In this document: positions 48,907 through 58,524 of the stretch, piece by piece
Position numbering within the stretch: the first letter of the stretch is position 1
How the letters are laid out: each line of letters opens with the position of its first letter
Assembly (NCBI GenBank): GCA_964347305.1
Contig: CAYFYC010000004.1
Span: 12,784 to 76,783, forward strand
DNA length: 64,000 nucleotides
Direction of reading: 5' to 3'
From: an uncultured Acidimicrobiaceae bacterium
GTDB taxonomy: Bacteria; Actinomycetota; Acidimicrobiia; Spongiisociales; UBA5794
Made by a program: the position numbers and the translations under genes
The notes under the pieces: generated by a model
The model's database searches: none
What the model saw: only the letters and a program-made list of their open reading frames with translations
Told to the model about the DNA's origin: nothing

Positions 48907-49917
48907 TCAGGAGAAGGCGCGGATGTTCTCCACGACGGCGCGAGCCGCACCCGAGTCGATCGCCTGGGCGGCCAGCGCCGCGGCGTCGACGAATCCCTCT
49001 GCCAGCCCGCCGACGACGATGGCCGGTGCGGCATTGATGATCGTGGCGTCGCGGTGCGGGCCCTCGGCGCCCTCGAGCACATCGAGGGTGATGGCGAGAT
49101 TGTCCTCGGCGGTGCCACCGATGATCGACTCCACCGGCGACCGGGTGACTCCGAAGTCCTCGGGTGTGAACTCGGCGGTCGTGATCTCGCCTCGCTGGAG
49201 CCGGTAGATGAAGGAGGGTCCTGCGATCGACATCTCGTCAAGACCCTCTTCTCCGTAGTAGACGAAGGCGTACTCGAGCCCCCGGTTCTTCAGCACGTGG
49301 ATCATCTTCTCCGCCACGGCCGGGACGCTCACGCCGATGGTCGCCAGCGTCGCACCTGCCGGATTGCAGAGCGGTCCCAGGAAGTTGAACACGGTCCGTA
49401 GACCGAGCTCGCGACGAACCGGGCCGGCAAAACGCATCGCCGGGTGGTAGTTCGGGGCGAAGAAGAACCCGAAGCCCACCTCCCGAATCATCTCCACCGT
49501 CCGGTCCGGCGTCATGTCGAGATCGACACCGAGCGCTTCGAGGAGATCCGCAGAACCGGTCTGCGACGACGCCGCACGGTTGCCGTGCTTGGCGATCTTG
49601 ACTCCGGCGCCTGCAGCGACGAGCGAGGCCGTCGTGGAGATGTTGAAGGTACCGAAACCATCGCCACCGGTCCCGACGAGATCGACCACCGGGACCCCCA
49701 CATCCACGGTGACGGCGGCGTCGAACATGGCGTCGACGAAGCCGGTCATCTCATCGGCCGTCTCGCCCTTGGCTCTGAGCCCGGCGAGAAACGCCGCAAT
49801 GCGAACGGGGGATGCCTCGCCGCTCATGATCTCGGCCATGGCGGTTCGCGCCGTGTCCCGATCGAGGTTCCCACCCTCGACGATCGTCTCGAGCGTGCTG
49901 GTCCACGAGAAAGTCAT
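48907..49917 (-). CDS. trpD: Anthranilate phosphoribosyltransferase
   Basis: VDLVGTGGDGFGTFNISTTASLVAAGAG, KHGNRAASSQTGSADLLE, FFFAPNYHPAM. Confidence 0.93.
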   Translation of the reverse strand: MTFSWTSTLETIVEGGNLDRDTARTAMAEIMSGEASPVRIAAFLAGLRAKGETADEMTGFVDAMFDAAVTVDVGVPVVDLVGTGGDGFGTFNISTTASLVAAGAGVKIAKHGNRAASSQTGSADLLEALGVDLDMTPDRTVEMIREVGFGFFFAPNYHPAMRFAGPVRRELGLRTVFNFLGPLCNPAGATLATIGVSVPAVAEKMIHVLKNRGLEYAFVYYGEEGLDEMSIAGPSFIYRLQRGEITTAEFTPEDFGVTRSPVESIIGGTAEDNLAITLDVLEGAEGPHRDATIINAAPAIVVGGLAEGFVDAAALAAQAIDSGAARAVVENIRAFS

Positions 49918-49959
49918 CGACGGAGACCATAGCCCGCGTCGAAACGGCGCAATCGGCCG

Positions 49960-50241
49960 TCAGCTGGCGAGGGTGCGAACGAGCCGCCGGCGCTGCCGCT
50001 CGGTCATGCCGCCCCACACGCCGTACCGTATCTCCGCCTCGATGGCGTACTCCAGGCACTCCGCCCGAACGGGGCAGGTTGCGCAGATGGCGACGGCTGC
50101 GGCGGTACCGGCCCTGTCCTCGGGGAAGAAGATGTCCGGGTCTTTGTCCCGACAGGCCGAGAAGACGACCCATGGCCGCTCTTCGGTGATCGGGATGGGA
50201 ATGAATTCGGTCTGATCGCCGAGCAGATCGTGCATGGGCAC
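49960..50241 (-). CDS. WhiB-family Fe-S transcriptional regulator
   Basis: C-X..-CATCPVRAEC with GVWGGMTERQRRRL at the C-terminus. Confidence 0.9.
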   Translation of the reverse strand: MPMHDLLGDQTEFIPIPITEERPWVVFSACRDKDPDIFFPEDRAGTAAAVAICATCPVRAECLEYAIEAEIRYGVWGGMTERQRRRLVRTLAS

Positions 50242-50408
50242 CTCCAGAGGTGTCTCTCGTTCACCGCCCGTTCCCCTCTATGACGCCTTCTGGGTGGGTT
50301 TGGTTCCCGTACGGGACAACGAGATGCCGCGCCGTACACTCCACCGGACTCTGTACCCACACCGCCCATGAGCCCCGGCATGCACCCCACACCCTCGAAC
50401 GTCGCGCA

Positions 50409-50783
50409 ATGAAGTCGGTCGCGTGGGGTGCCGTGCTCTACGGAGCCTTGACCGGGTTGGCCGGGGCACTGCTCGTCTTCGTCGTGCTCGGGATCGCAGG
50501 TCTCGACAACGATCTCCGGGGTCAGAGCATCCTGATCTTCCTCACCTATGCGGCGTTCATGGTCGCCGGCTTCGTGGCGGGCAGGTTCTCGCATCAGGCG
50601 CACGTCCTCAATGGAGGTCTGGCCGCCATGGTGCTCTTCGCGCTGCAGGTCGTGGTGTCGGGGGCGACCACGGTCACGATCGTCCTCGGAAGCGTCGTTG
50701 CCGCCGTGATCGGCTCCGCCGGTGGCGCGCTCGGTCAGTGGGTCCTGGAACGGCGGGATGGGGGTTCACAGGACACGCCGTGA
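50409..50783 (+). CDS. Small integral membrane protein (four hydrophobic segments)
   Basis: MKSVAWGAVLYGALTGLAGALLVFVVLGIAGL.... The start is chosen at the ATG at 50409; the upstream part of the track ORF is non-hydrophobic and probably not coding. Confidence 0.5.
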   Translation: MKSVAWGAVLYGALTGLAGALLVFVVLGIAGLDNDLRGQSILIFLTYAAFMVAGFVAGRFSHQAHVLNGGLAAMVLFALQVVVSGATTVTIVLGSVVAAVIGSAGGALGQWVLERRDGGSQDTP

Positions 50784-50800
50784 CCGGTACCGTGTCGTGG

Positions 50801-51132
50801 CGAGTCCGGGAGGCGGTCGCGGCCGGGCAACCGGCTGAGGAAAGTCCGGACACCACAAGGCAGGATGCTGGCTAACAGCCAGGCGGGGCGACCCGATGGA
50901 AAGTGCAACAGAGAGCAGACCGCCGATGGGCGTCGATCTCCGGATCGGCGTCACAGGCAAGGGTGAAACGGTGGTGTAAGAGACCACCAGCGGTGTCGGT
51001 GACGACACCGGCTCGGTAAACCCCATCCGGTGCAAGGCCAAGTCGGGACAGAGTCGCCTGCTCGTCACGTCCCAGGTGGGCCGCAGAGACAGATGATCGC
51101 CCACGACAGAATCCGGCTTACACCCGGACTCG
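50801..51132 (+). ncRNA. rnpB: RNase P RNA, bacterial type A
   Basis: Conserved blocks GAGGAAAGTCCGGAC, AGGGTGAAACGGTGGTGTAAGAGACCACCAG, GGTAAACCCCA and ACAGAATCCGGCTTAC. P1 pairs CGAGTCCGGG with CCCGGACTCG. The ends are approximate to within a few nt. Confidence 0.9.
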
Positions 51133-51167
51133 CACGCACGGAGCCTTCGATTTCAGGAGCTCCGCGG

Positions 51168-51189
51168 AGCCTCCGCTACGGCGGAGGCT
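51168..51189. terminator. 9-bp hairpin between rnpB and the convergent response-regulator gene
   Basis: AGCCTCCGC-tacg-GCGGAGGCT followed by tcgccgtttc. It could terminate either strand. Confidence 0.4.
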
Positions 51190-51197
51190 TCGCCGTT

Positions 51198-52013
51198 TCA
51201 GGCAGAGACGGCGGCCTGCGAGGCGTCGACCTCATGTGAGACCGATGGCTTGCTCGCTGCGTTCACCGTCGCGAAGCGAACCACCACCTCGGACGCACCG
51301 TTCGGGCCGAGCATCGGCACGAGTTCTGCGGTGACGAACCGAACCCCACCCGAGGCGGTCCGCACGCTCACGGCCACCTTCTTGGCTTGTGTCGAGTCGT
51401 CGATGTCACGAAGCAGCTCGCTCCAGCTGGCGGCATCGTCGGGAGTCGTGATTCCCATGACGTGGTTGCCGACGAGTTGCCCGGCGCTGAGCCCGGTGAT
51501 CTCGGTGAGACCGCGATCGACACGCAGCACGGCACCATCGAGACCGACGATGGCATTGCCTGCCTGCTCCGAGGTCGCAGGTGCGTTCCGGCGAGGCACG
51601 GCGACACCGCCCCGGACCATCGCGTAGCGCATGGAGCGGGCGAGAGCGTCCGAGCCGACCCTGCCCTTGACCAGATAGTCCTGCGCCCCGACCGCCAAGG
51701 CCTGGAGCGCATGCTCGTCGTCCTCGTGGGCCGAGAGCACCACGACCGGTGTGTTGGGCGCAAACGAGAGCACGGCGTGCAGCCCCTCGAGCTGGTCGGC
51801 GTCGGGGAGCACGAGGTCCAAAAGGACCACATCCGGAATCGACTTGCGGAGGTGAGCGATGGCGATGTCGAGCCGCTTGGCCACGCGCAGCGTGGAGATG
51901 TCTTTCCACACCTCGCGCAGCATCGTCTGGACGAGACGGACATGAAGCGGGTTGTCCTCGACGAGGAGCACGTCGGGGAACTGCTCGCCGCCCTCGTTGT
52001 GGGCCTCAGGCAT
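51198..52013 (-). CDS. Response regulator receiver domain fused to a PAS domain (no DNA-binding output)
   Basis: VLLVEDNPLHVRL, VVLLDLVLPD (phospho-Asp context), VVVLSAHED and YLVKG form the REC domain. The C-terminal AIVGLDGAVLRVDRGLTEITGLSAGQLVG is PAS-like. Confidence 0.8.
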   Translation of the reverse strand: MPEAHNEGGEQFPDVLLVEDNPLHVRLVQTMLREVWKDISTLRVAKRLDIAIAHLRKSIPDVVLLDLVLPDADQLEGLHAVLSFAPNTPVVVLSAHEDDEHALQALAVGAQDYLVKGRVGSDALARSMRYAMVRGGVAVPRRNAPATSEQAGNAIVGLDGAVLRVDRGLTEITGLSAGQLVGNHVMGITTPDDAASWSELLRDIDDSTQAKKVAVSVRTASGGVRFVTAELVPMLGPNGASEVVVRFATVNAASKPSVSHEVDASQAAVSA

Positions 52014-52173
52014 CGGTCCTACCTAGTTGTCGGGAAACCTGTTCGATCCGTACGGGTTGCCATCGGCCGGTCAGGCAGGCTTCTTGAGGAAATGGCCCTG
52101 TTTCCATCATTCCGCCGCAACCGCCTCGAGCCACGCCGGTTTCGGTGGTGGATCAGGGGTTCAGCCCGATCCC

Positions 52174-52836
52174 TCACTCGCCGCGTGCCCCCTCGAACAC
52201 GATCCGCAGGTCGCGCACAGCATCTGCGACGTCGGCGCCTTCATCCACCCGGGCGGCGGCTTCGAGACCCGGCAGGACCCATTGCTCGAAAAGGGTGCGG
52301 AACCGGTCAGCGGTGGCCCGTGCGGCCAGATCCGTGAGTGGCACGACGAGGCCCGAACCGACCGTGGCGAGCACATCTATCTCCCAGCGCCCTTCCACGC
52401 TGCGGCGAACGAACACGTCGGTCGATCTATCTCCTGAGCCGATCGTCACGGCAGAGAATCGAGCCCCTCCCGCATCGAATTCTCGGCTCGATCCCACCGA
52501 GAAGGACGCGAACTCCGTGCCGTCGATTTCGGCGAATGCCTGCTCGAACGAGGCCCAGAAGGCGCCCACTACGTCGGCGGAAGGGCCCGCTTCTGCCAAT
52601 CGTGTGATCTCATCCGTGGTCAACCGGCTCTCGATGCCGATCACGAACGCCAGCGACGGGGACGCGACCAGTCCGTCGAGCGCCACGACGTCCCCCTGAT
52701 CGACGGCGGTGATCCACTCGCGCACCACGATGTCCGGCGCCGGCAGCAGCGTGGTCGACGACGATCCGCCGTCGCCTCCGCACGCGACGGCGACAACCGA
52801 GAGCACCACGACGAACACCCAGCGACCGACCTGCAT
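52174..52836 (-). CDS. Hypothetical lipoprotein
   Basis: Lipobox LSVVAVACGG. I recognise no family. Confidence 0.55.
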   Translation of the reverse strand: MQVGRWVFVVVLSVVAVACGGDGGSSSTTLLPAPDIVVREWITAVDQGDVVALDGLVASPSLAFVIGIESRLTTDEITRLAEAGPSADVVGAFWASFEQAFAEIDGTEFASFSVGSSREFDAGGARFSAVTIGSGDRSTDVFVRRSVEGRWEIDVLATVGSGLVVPLTDLAARATADRFRTLFEQWVLPGLEAAARVDEGADVADAVRDLRIVFEGARGE

Positions 52837-52854
52837 GGAGAGCAGGCTACGCGA

Positions 52855-53385
52855 TCACCCGTCGATGGGGACGTCCACGACTCCCGATGCGAGAAACGCT
52901 CTGCGCTCGGCTTCGCGATGAAGCCCGCCGCGACGAGCGAGCACGAAGAGATACGCGGCCCCGAGGATCTCCAGCAGCCAGACGCGAGCGTCGGTGAGAA
53001 CGTCACCGACGTGGCCCGCCAGATCGGTGGCGCCCGCGGGCGTGAAATCGAGCCCGAGGAACGGCCACCACAGCGTCTCCGGAGACGCCCACATCGCATC
53101 GAGGGCGAGATGCACGAGCATCCCGATCGCAAGCGGCATCCACCGCTTGCGGGGCCGGCCCCGCCTGGTCCTCAGCACCACGATCACCATGGCGAGCGAA
53201 GCGAAGAGGAGCGAGTGGAGGACGAGACGCGTCGTCATCGTCGTCCCGAACCAGATCCATCCGATCGGGGTGTCGATGAGATCGGGAAGCACGGCCCCGA
53301 GCATCAGGAACCGCAGATCCATGCGATCGTCGCGGAAGGCGTAGCGGACGAGGGCGACGGTCGCTCCGAGGTGCCACAGCAGCAT
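52855..53385 (-). CDS. YdjM/DUF457-type membrane-bound metal-dependent hydrolase
   Basis: MLLWHLGATVAL..., LPDLIDTPIG and HSLLFA, with His-rich hydrophobic segments. Confidence 0.7.
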   Translation of the reverse strand: MLLWHLGATVALVRYAFRDDRMDLRFLMLGAVLPDLIDTPIGWIWFGTTMTTRLVLHSLLFASLAMVIVVLRTRRGRPRKRWMPLAIGMLVHLALDAMWASPETLWWPFLGLDFTPAGATDLAGHVGDVLTDARVWLLEILGAAYLFVLARRGGLHREAERRAFLASGVVDVPIDG

Positions 53386-53394
53386 GGCGAGACC

Positions 53395-54108
53395 TCAGAG
53401 AACGAGGATGCGTCTGCAGTGGATGCAGCGGGGCGGATGCGAAGCCTTTGCCTCGAGCTCTTCGGCGGCGGTGAGACGCAGGTGACAACCCCCACAGATG
53501 CCCTCTGCGAGCCGGGCAGCACCCACTCCCCCGTCCTTGACGCTCCTCAAGTCCTCGTACAGCTCGAGGAGGTCCTCGGGAATCAGCGAGACGGCGTCCG
53601 AGCGCCGGCGCTCCTGAGCTGCGAGCTCTGCGTCGATCTCTTTCCAGGCGTCGGTGATGAGCGATTCGAGCTCCGCCTTGGCAGCGGTCGCCTCGCCCAC
53701 TTTCGCCTCTGCCGCCTCCAACTCGACTTCGAGCGCTTCGCGACGCTCCATCAACTCGAGGACCTCGTCCTCCATCGACGACTTCTTCCGCGCCAGCATC
53801 TCGACCTCTCGTCTGAGATAGTCGGCATCACGTGCACTCATCCCGCCGGCATAGAGCCGGTTCTGTTCGGCATCGAGACGGCCTTCCGTGATCTCGAGCT
53901 CACCTGCCGTCTTGTCCTGCGCCAGCGACGTCTCACGAAGCGACGCCTGCAGTGCATCGCGCTCGGTCGTGAGCACACTGAGCGACTCATGCGCCTCCCG
54001 GAACTTCTCGAGCTCGGGAAGCGCCTGGCGATCGTGTCGAAGCCGATCGATCTGGAGATCGACGCCCTGGAGTACGAGGAGATCGTTGAGCGTGTCGATG
54101 TCTTCCAT
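53395..54108 (-). CDS. COG1579-type coiled-coil protein with a C-terminal C4 zinc ribbon
   Basis: LLVLQGVDLQIDRLRHDRQALPE, a long coiled coil, then CGGCHLRL....CIHCRRIL. Only the last 237 codons of track ORF 53395..55065 are credible. It overlaps the NIF3 stop by 1 nt. Confidence 0.8.
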   Translation of the reverse strand: MEDIDTLNDLLVLQGVDLQIDRLRHDRQALPELEKFREAHESLSVLTTERDALQASLRETSLAQDKTAGELEITEGRLDAEQNRLYAGGMSARDADYLRREVEMLARKKSSMEDEVLELMERREALEVELEAAEAKVGEATAAKAELESLITDAWKEIDAELAAQERRRSDAVSLIPEDLLELYEDLRSVKDGGVGAARLAEGICGGCHLRLTAAEELEAKASHPPRCIHCRRILVL

Positions 54109-55190
54109 CACCCATCCTCCCAGGGGCTCACCCGGATCCCGGTGAGGTCGACGACGTCCCCATCGAGGACCTCGGCGGACAACGCAGCGTACAGGTTCGC
54201 GACACCGGGTCGTTCGGTGGCCACGTGGCCCGGATCGAGGATGGCGAGACCCCGGTCGAGACCGGCCCGCGCCCGATGATGGCTCACGTCGCCCGTCACG
54301 ATGGCATCGGCCACTCCGGCGGCGGCTTCGATGAGCATGCCGCCCGAACCCGGCACCACCGCCACACGTCGGACCGGTCCGGACCCCGCGATCTTCGGTG
54401 CGGAGCCGAGACGCTGTTCGATCAGCGCCCCCAGGTCGGCGACCGTCGTGTCCGTCGTGCCGATGCGACCCACGAATCCGGCGTTGGAGCGCGTCGTGAA
54501 CACGTCGTAGGCGGGCTCGTCGTAGGGATGGGCAGCGACCAGAGCGGTCACGACGGCATCCACGCGGGAAGCCGGAGCGATCATCTCGATACGCATCTCC
54601 GGCTCGGCGCTCAGCACACCGTGGCGACCGGACACCGGCTTCGCCCCGCCGCCGGGAACGAAGGTCCCCGTCCCCTCCAGCACGAAGCTGCAGGAGGCAT
54701 AGCGACCGATGACACCGGCGCCCGCACCAGACATCGCGGCACGGATGGCATCGACGGCGCCGGCCGGCGCAAACGTGACCACCTTGGCACCATCCGCAGG
54801 CCACATCGGCCCGAAGGGTGCGATGTCCGACAGGTCGAGCGCGCCCGCCAGTGCATCGGCACACCCCCCATCCGCGACGTCCGCGGCCGTGTGCGCCACG
54901 ACGAGAGCGACCCCGTGCCGCAACAGACGGAACGCACGCCCCGATGGTCCCGACCCGGCGACGATGCGACGGGTGGCGTCGAAGAGAAGAGGGTGATAGG
55001 CGACGAGCACATCGATGTCGCCGTCGAGCGCGGCATCGACGACGTCGTCGGTCACCTCGTGACACACTGCGATTCGCTCGGCGGGAGCGTCGAGATCACC
55101 GAGCTGCAGTCCCACCGGGTCCCACGAAGCCCCCTTCCCGAGGGGCGCGACCCGATCGACTGCGGACAACATCTCGGCGACCGTGGACAT
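54108..55190 (-). CDS. NIF3-family dinuclear metal-centre protein (GTP cyclohydrolase 1 type 2 homologue)
   Basis: WDPVGLQLGD, LLVAYHPLLF, the C-terminal ITGDVSHH..A and an inserted PII-like region. Confidence 0.88.
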   Translation of the reverse strand: MSTVAEMLSAVDRVAPLGKGASWDPVGLQLGDLDAPAERIAVCHEVTDDVVDAALDGDIDVLVAYHPLLFDATRRIVAGSGPSGRAFRLLRHGVALVVAHTAADVADGGCADALAGALDLSDIAPFGPMWPADGAKVVTFAPAGAVDAIRAAMSGAGAGVIGRYASCSFVLEGTGTFVPGGGAKPVSGRHGVLSAEPEMRIEMIAPASRVDAVVTALVAAHPYDEPAYDVFTTRSNAGFVGRIGTTDTTVADLGALIEQRLGSAPKIAGSGPVRRVAVVPGSGGMLIEAAAGVADAIVTGDVSHHRARAGLDRGLAILDPGHVATERPGVANLYAALSAEVLDGDVVDLTGIRVSPWEDG

Positions 55191-55200
55191 CGCGGCGATG

Positions 55201-55764
55201 CTAGGCGCCGTTCCCTTCCCCGGTCAGATCGAGGGTTGCCTCGACGATCCCTCTGTCGGTCGAGCGCACGTGGTAGCCACGTCTGGCGAAGAGCTGTGCG
55301 GCCGGCTCGTTCTCCACGAGGTAGATGGCGAGCGAGGTGACGTAGCCACGATCCCGAGCCGCGGCTTCGATGATGTCGAGGAGGTGGCGGGCGATGCCGT
55401 GGCGCCGCCAGCCGGCCTTCACCGACACGGCGACTTCGATGGTCGACTCATCGACCTCCGCATAGCGGGCGATTCCCAGCGATGTTCCCGTCTCGGATTC
55501 GATCGCCCCGACCGCGAGCGCCGACCGATAGTCCATCACGGTGAGACGGGCGAGCATCGCCGCATCGGGTCGCACCGATGACGTGAAGAAGCGGAGATAC
55601 AGCGTCTCGCTGTCGGCCGTGAGTATCTCGTCGGCGAGCACGGCGGCGTCGTCCGGGACGATGGGTCGGACGCGAACGAGCGTCCCGTCATGGAGGACGA
55701 GATCGTGCTCCAGATGGCGCGGGTAGCCGTCGGGCAGAGAGGTGGGGTGGAGGGCGGCACGCAT
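55201..55764 (-). CDS. GNAT family N-acetyltransferase
   Basis: VSVKAGWRRHGIARHLLDIIEAAARDRGY matches the acetyl-CoA binding R-x-x-G-x-A motif. Confidence 0.8.
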   Translation of the reverse strand: MRAALHPTSLPDGYPRHLEHDLVLHDGTLVRVRPIVPDDAAVLADEILTADSETLYLRFFTSSVRPDAAMLARLTVMDYRSALAVGAIESETGTSLGIARYAEVDESTIEVAVSVKAGWRRHGIARHLLDIIEAAARDRGYVTSLAIYLVENEPAAQLFARRGYHVRSTDRGIVEATLDLTGEGNGA

Positions 55765-55866
55765 CGTGTTCTAACAATTGTACGCATATTGCTATCTTTT
55801 GCAAGCACCCACGATCCCCAGGGGACCCGACTCGCCCGCTCGATCCAGCCATGGCAAGCTCGTCGG

Positions 55867-56817
55867 ATGAGGATCACGATCGTCGGCAGCGGGGTGTCGG
55901 GTCTCACCAGCGCGCTTCGCCTCCTCGACGACGGGCACGAGATTCGAGTCGTCACCGCCGCACCGTCGGACCGCTCGACCTCCATCTATGCGGCTGCGAT
56001 CTGGTGGCCCGTCACGACCGAGCCACAGGAGGTCATCGCCCCGATGGCGCTGGAGGGTCTCCGCGTGTTCGAACGGCTCGCCGAGGAAGGCGTACCCGGC
56101 ATCCGCATCATGCAGGTGTCTGAGTTCTCCTCCCGCCGGATCACACCCGGGCTCTGGACGGAGGGGATCACCGGACTGCGGTTCCTCGGACCGGACGACG
56201 TGCCGGATCCATATGTGAGCGGAGTCACCATGATCTGTCCGCGTATCGACCCGAACCTCTACCTCCCGTGGATGGAACGACGTCTCGCGGACGACGACAC
56301 CGCGGTCACCGTGCTCGATGCACCGCTCACGAGCCTCGCCCCCCTCTTCGACGATGCCGACGTCGTCGTCAACTGCACGGGGCTCGGTGCGCGCACGCTC
56401 GTCGACGACAGGTCGATGTATCCCATCCGCGGCCAGATCGTCGCCATCGACGATCCGGGCATCGACGAGGGGCGAGCCGACGAGATCGGTGATCGAGACA
56501 TCTCCTATGTGTTTCCCCGCGAGCGCGAGGTCATCGTCGGCGGAACCTTCTGGTACGGCGATTGGTCGACGATCCCGGACGACGGGCAGACGGAGCGCAT
56601 GCTTCGCGACGCCCACCGCCTCTACCCCGGCATCGACACCAGCCGTGTCCACGAGGTTCGGGTCGGTCTGCGGCCGGGACGACCCACACCCCGCATCGAG
56701 ACGGAGCACACGGACCGAGGCCCTGTCGTGCACAACTACGGGCATGCGGGTCACGGGTACACGCTCTCGTGGGGCTCCGCCAACAAGGTCGCAGCCGAGG
56801 TTGCGGCGCTCCCTTGA
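55867..56817 (+). CDS. D-amino-acid oxidase family FAD-dependent oxidoreductase
   Basis: MRITIVGSGVSGLTSALRL dinucleotide fold and C-terminal HNYGHAGHGYTLSWGSA. The start is at the ATG at 55867. Confidence 0.85.
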   Translation: MRITIVGSGVSGLTSALRLLDDGHEIRVVTAAPSDRSTSIYAAAIWWPVTTEPQEVIAPMALEGLRVFERLAEEGVPGIRIMQVSEFSSRRITPGLWTEGITGLRFLGPDDVPDPYVSGVTMICPRIDPNLYLPWMERRLADDDTAVTVLDAPLTSLAPLFDDADVVVNCTGLGARTLVDDRSMYPIRGQIVAIDDPGIDEGRADEIGDRDISYVFPREREVIVGGTFWYGDWSTIPDDGQTERMLRDAHRLYPGIDTSRVHEVRVGLRPGRPTPRIETEHTDRGPVVHNYGHAGHGYTLSWGSANKVAAEVAALP

Positions 56818-56924
56818 GTGGGTCGCGCGGCCCATTCCCTGGTTTTCGCGCGTTCCGGGTAAACCCGACACGCAGCTCGTGCGAGTGACCCAGCGAAACC
56901 CAAACGACCAGGAGGTTCGGGTAC

Positions 56925-58370
56925 ATGCTGAAGTTGCGCCGCATGCTGGCCCTGATCGCCGGACTCACGGTGATCGTTGTTGGCGGTGCTGCTCTCGCAC
57001 AGGTGGGGACGTTCGCCCCGGATGACGACACGACGGTCGTCGCCGAGGGCGACGTCGCGTCGGCTCCGTTCATCGGGATCCCCGAGGACGGCAGCAACGA
57101 CGCCACCGCCGAGAAGCAGGACGGAGAATCGACCGACGGCGAGAAGCCGTCGGATGACGGGACAGAGACGAAAGACGACGGCTCCGACGACGAGACGAAG
57201 GACGACGTCGTCGAGGACGGCACCGGAGACGGTGGAGACGGAGACGACGAGACGAAGGACGATCCCGTGAAGGATCTCGGGATCGAGTTCCTGAGCCCGG
57301 AGTCGGGAACCCGCGTCGAGGTCGGTGAGCTCGCGGTGAAGGGCATCGTCAACCAGCCCGCCCGCGTGACCGTCAACGGCCATCCCGTCGAGGTCGGCCC
57401 CGAGGGTCACTGGTCCAAGGTCGTCGGGCTCGAGCCCGGCAAGAACGTGCTCGCGGCACGTGCCGAGAACGAGGCGGGTCATGTTGCCGAGGCCTCGATC
57501 GTCGTCTACTGGGACAAGGAAGAGCCGCCGGTGCGCCTCGGCATCGAGGTGACCAGTCCCCGCAACGGCACCGAGACCGAGCGCGAGTCCATCAAGATCC
57601 AGGGCTACGTCAACGCTCCGGCCCGCGTCGTCGTCGGCGACTGGCTGGCAGAAGTCAACGACAACGGCAGCTGGTGGGTCGTCGTACCCCTCCGTCCCGG
57701 CAAGAACCACTTCGTCGCCACGGCGAAGACGGAGAGCGGAGCCACGGCGTCGGACGAGATCACGATCTACCGGATCACCGACCACAAGGAACTCGGGATC
57801 GAGATCACGAATCTCCACAACGAGATGAAGGTCGACGACGGTGAGATCAAGGTGCGCGGCGTCATCTCGACCAACGCCACGGTGAAAGTGAACGGTGTCA
57901 AGGCGACGGTCAACGACGACCTCACCTGGTACGCCTGGATCGGGCTCGAGCCGGGATGGAACCGGATCGTCGCCGTCGCCTTCAACGACTTCGGCGAGAC
58001 CAAGGACGTCGTCGAGATCTTCCGTGTCACCAAGGAGACCGTCGAGTTCACCGCGAACCAGGTGTACGGCTCCTGTGGCGAGGAGATCCCCTACGACGTG
58101 TTCTGGGGCCGCGCCGATGCCGGCGAGAAGATCTGGATCGAGTCGCCCTACGACGTGTTCCACGGCACGGCGATTCCAGGCACGGTGATCCACGTGCTGG
58201 CCGACTTCGGCTCTGGCGAGACGGTCACGGACGAGACGGGCCACTGGGAGCTCCGGGTGGAATTCCCCGAAGCTCCGTACTTCAAGGAGTTCCAGGTCAA
58301 GGTGAAGGCCTCGACCGGTGAGTACAAGTACTTCTCCTTCGTGCGCACCGGAGAGGAGCACGGCGCCTGA
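56925..58370 (+). CDS. Secreted protein with an acidic low-complexity region and three tandem ~85-aa Ig-like repeats
   Basis: Signal peptide ALIAGLTVIVVGGAALAQ, a D/E/T/K-rich region, and three repeats starting LGIE(F/V/I) (nt 57276-58031), each with V.G....A.V.VNG and L.PG.N. Confidence 0.65.
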   Translation: MLKLRRMLALIAGLTVIVVGGAALAQVGTFAPDDDTTVVAEGDVASAPFIGIPEDGSNDATAEKQDGESTDGEKPSDDGTETKDDGSDDETKDDVVEDGTGDGGDGDDETKDDPVKDLGIEFLSPESGTRVEVGELAVKGIVNQPARVTVNGHPVEVGPEGHWSKVVGLEPGKNVLAARAENEAGHVAEASIVVYWDKEEPPVRLGIEVTSPRNGTETERESIKIQGYVNAPARVVVGDWLAEVNDNGSWWVVVPLRPGKNHFVATAKTESGATASDEITIYRITDHKELGIEITNLHNEMKVDDGEIKVRGVISTNATVKVNGVKATVNDDLTWYAWIGLEPGWNRIVAVAFNDFGETKDVVEIFRVTKETVEFTANQVYGSCGEEIPYDVFWGRADAGEKIWIESPYDVFHGTAIPGTVIHVLADFGSGETVTDETGHWELRVEFPEAPYFKEFQVKVKASTGEYKYFSFVRTGEEHGA

Positions 58371-58406
58371 GCTCAGCGATCGCCGGGTAGGGCTTGGCGA
58401 TGCAGC

Positions 58407-58440
58407 GAAACCGGGGCCGCCTTCGGGTGGCCCCGGTTTC
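58407..58440 (+). terminator. Rho-independent-type terminator after the Ig-repeat gene
   Basis: GAAACCGGGGCC-N10-GGCCCCGGTTTC is a perfect 12-bp stem followed by gtgattgtt. Confidence 0.6.
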
Positions 58441-58524
58441 GTGATTGTTCACACATAACATGGGCTTCAGCGGGAACACCACACCGATCGGCCCGGTTGC
58501 GATCGTTGTACCAGGAGGTAACCC

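Noticed and set aside
50766-51104. 112-aa minus-strand ORF and other short ORFs at 50674-51239
   Set aside because: They overlap the RNase P RNA gene, whose conserved blocks and P1 pairing are unambiguous.
54109-55065. Upstream 319 codons of ORF 53395..55065
   Set aside because: This part overlaps the NIF3 gene in another frame and is Arg/Gly-rich. The COG1579 protein starts at the ATG at 54108.
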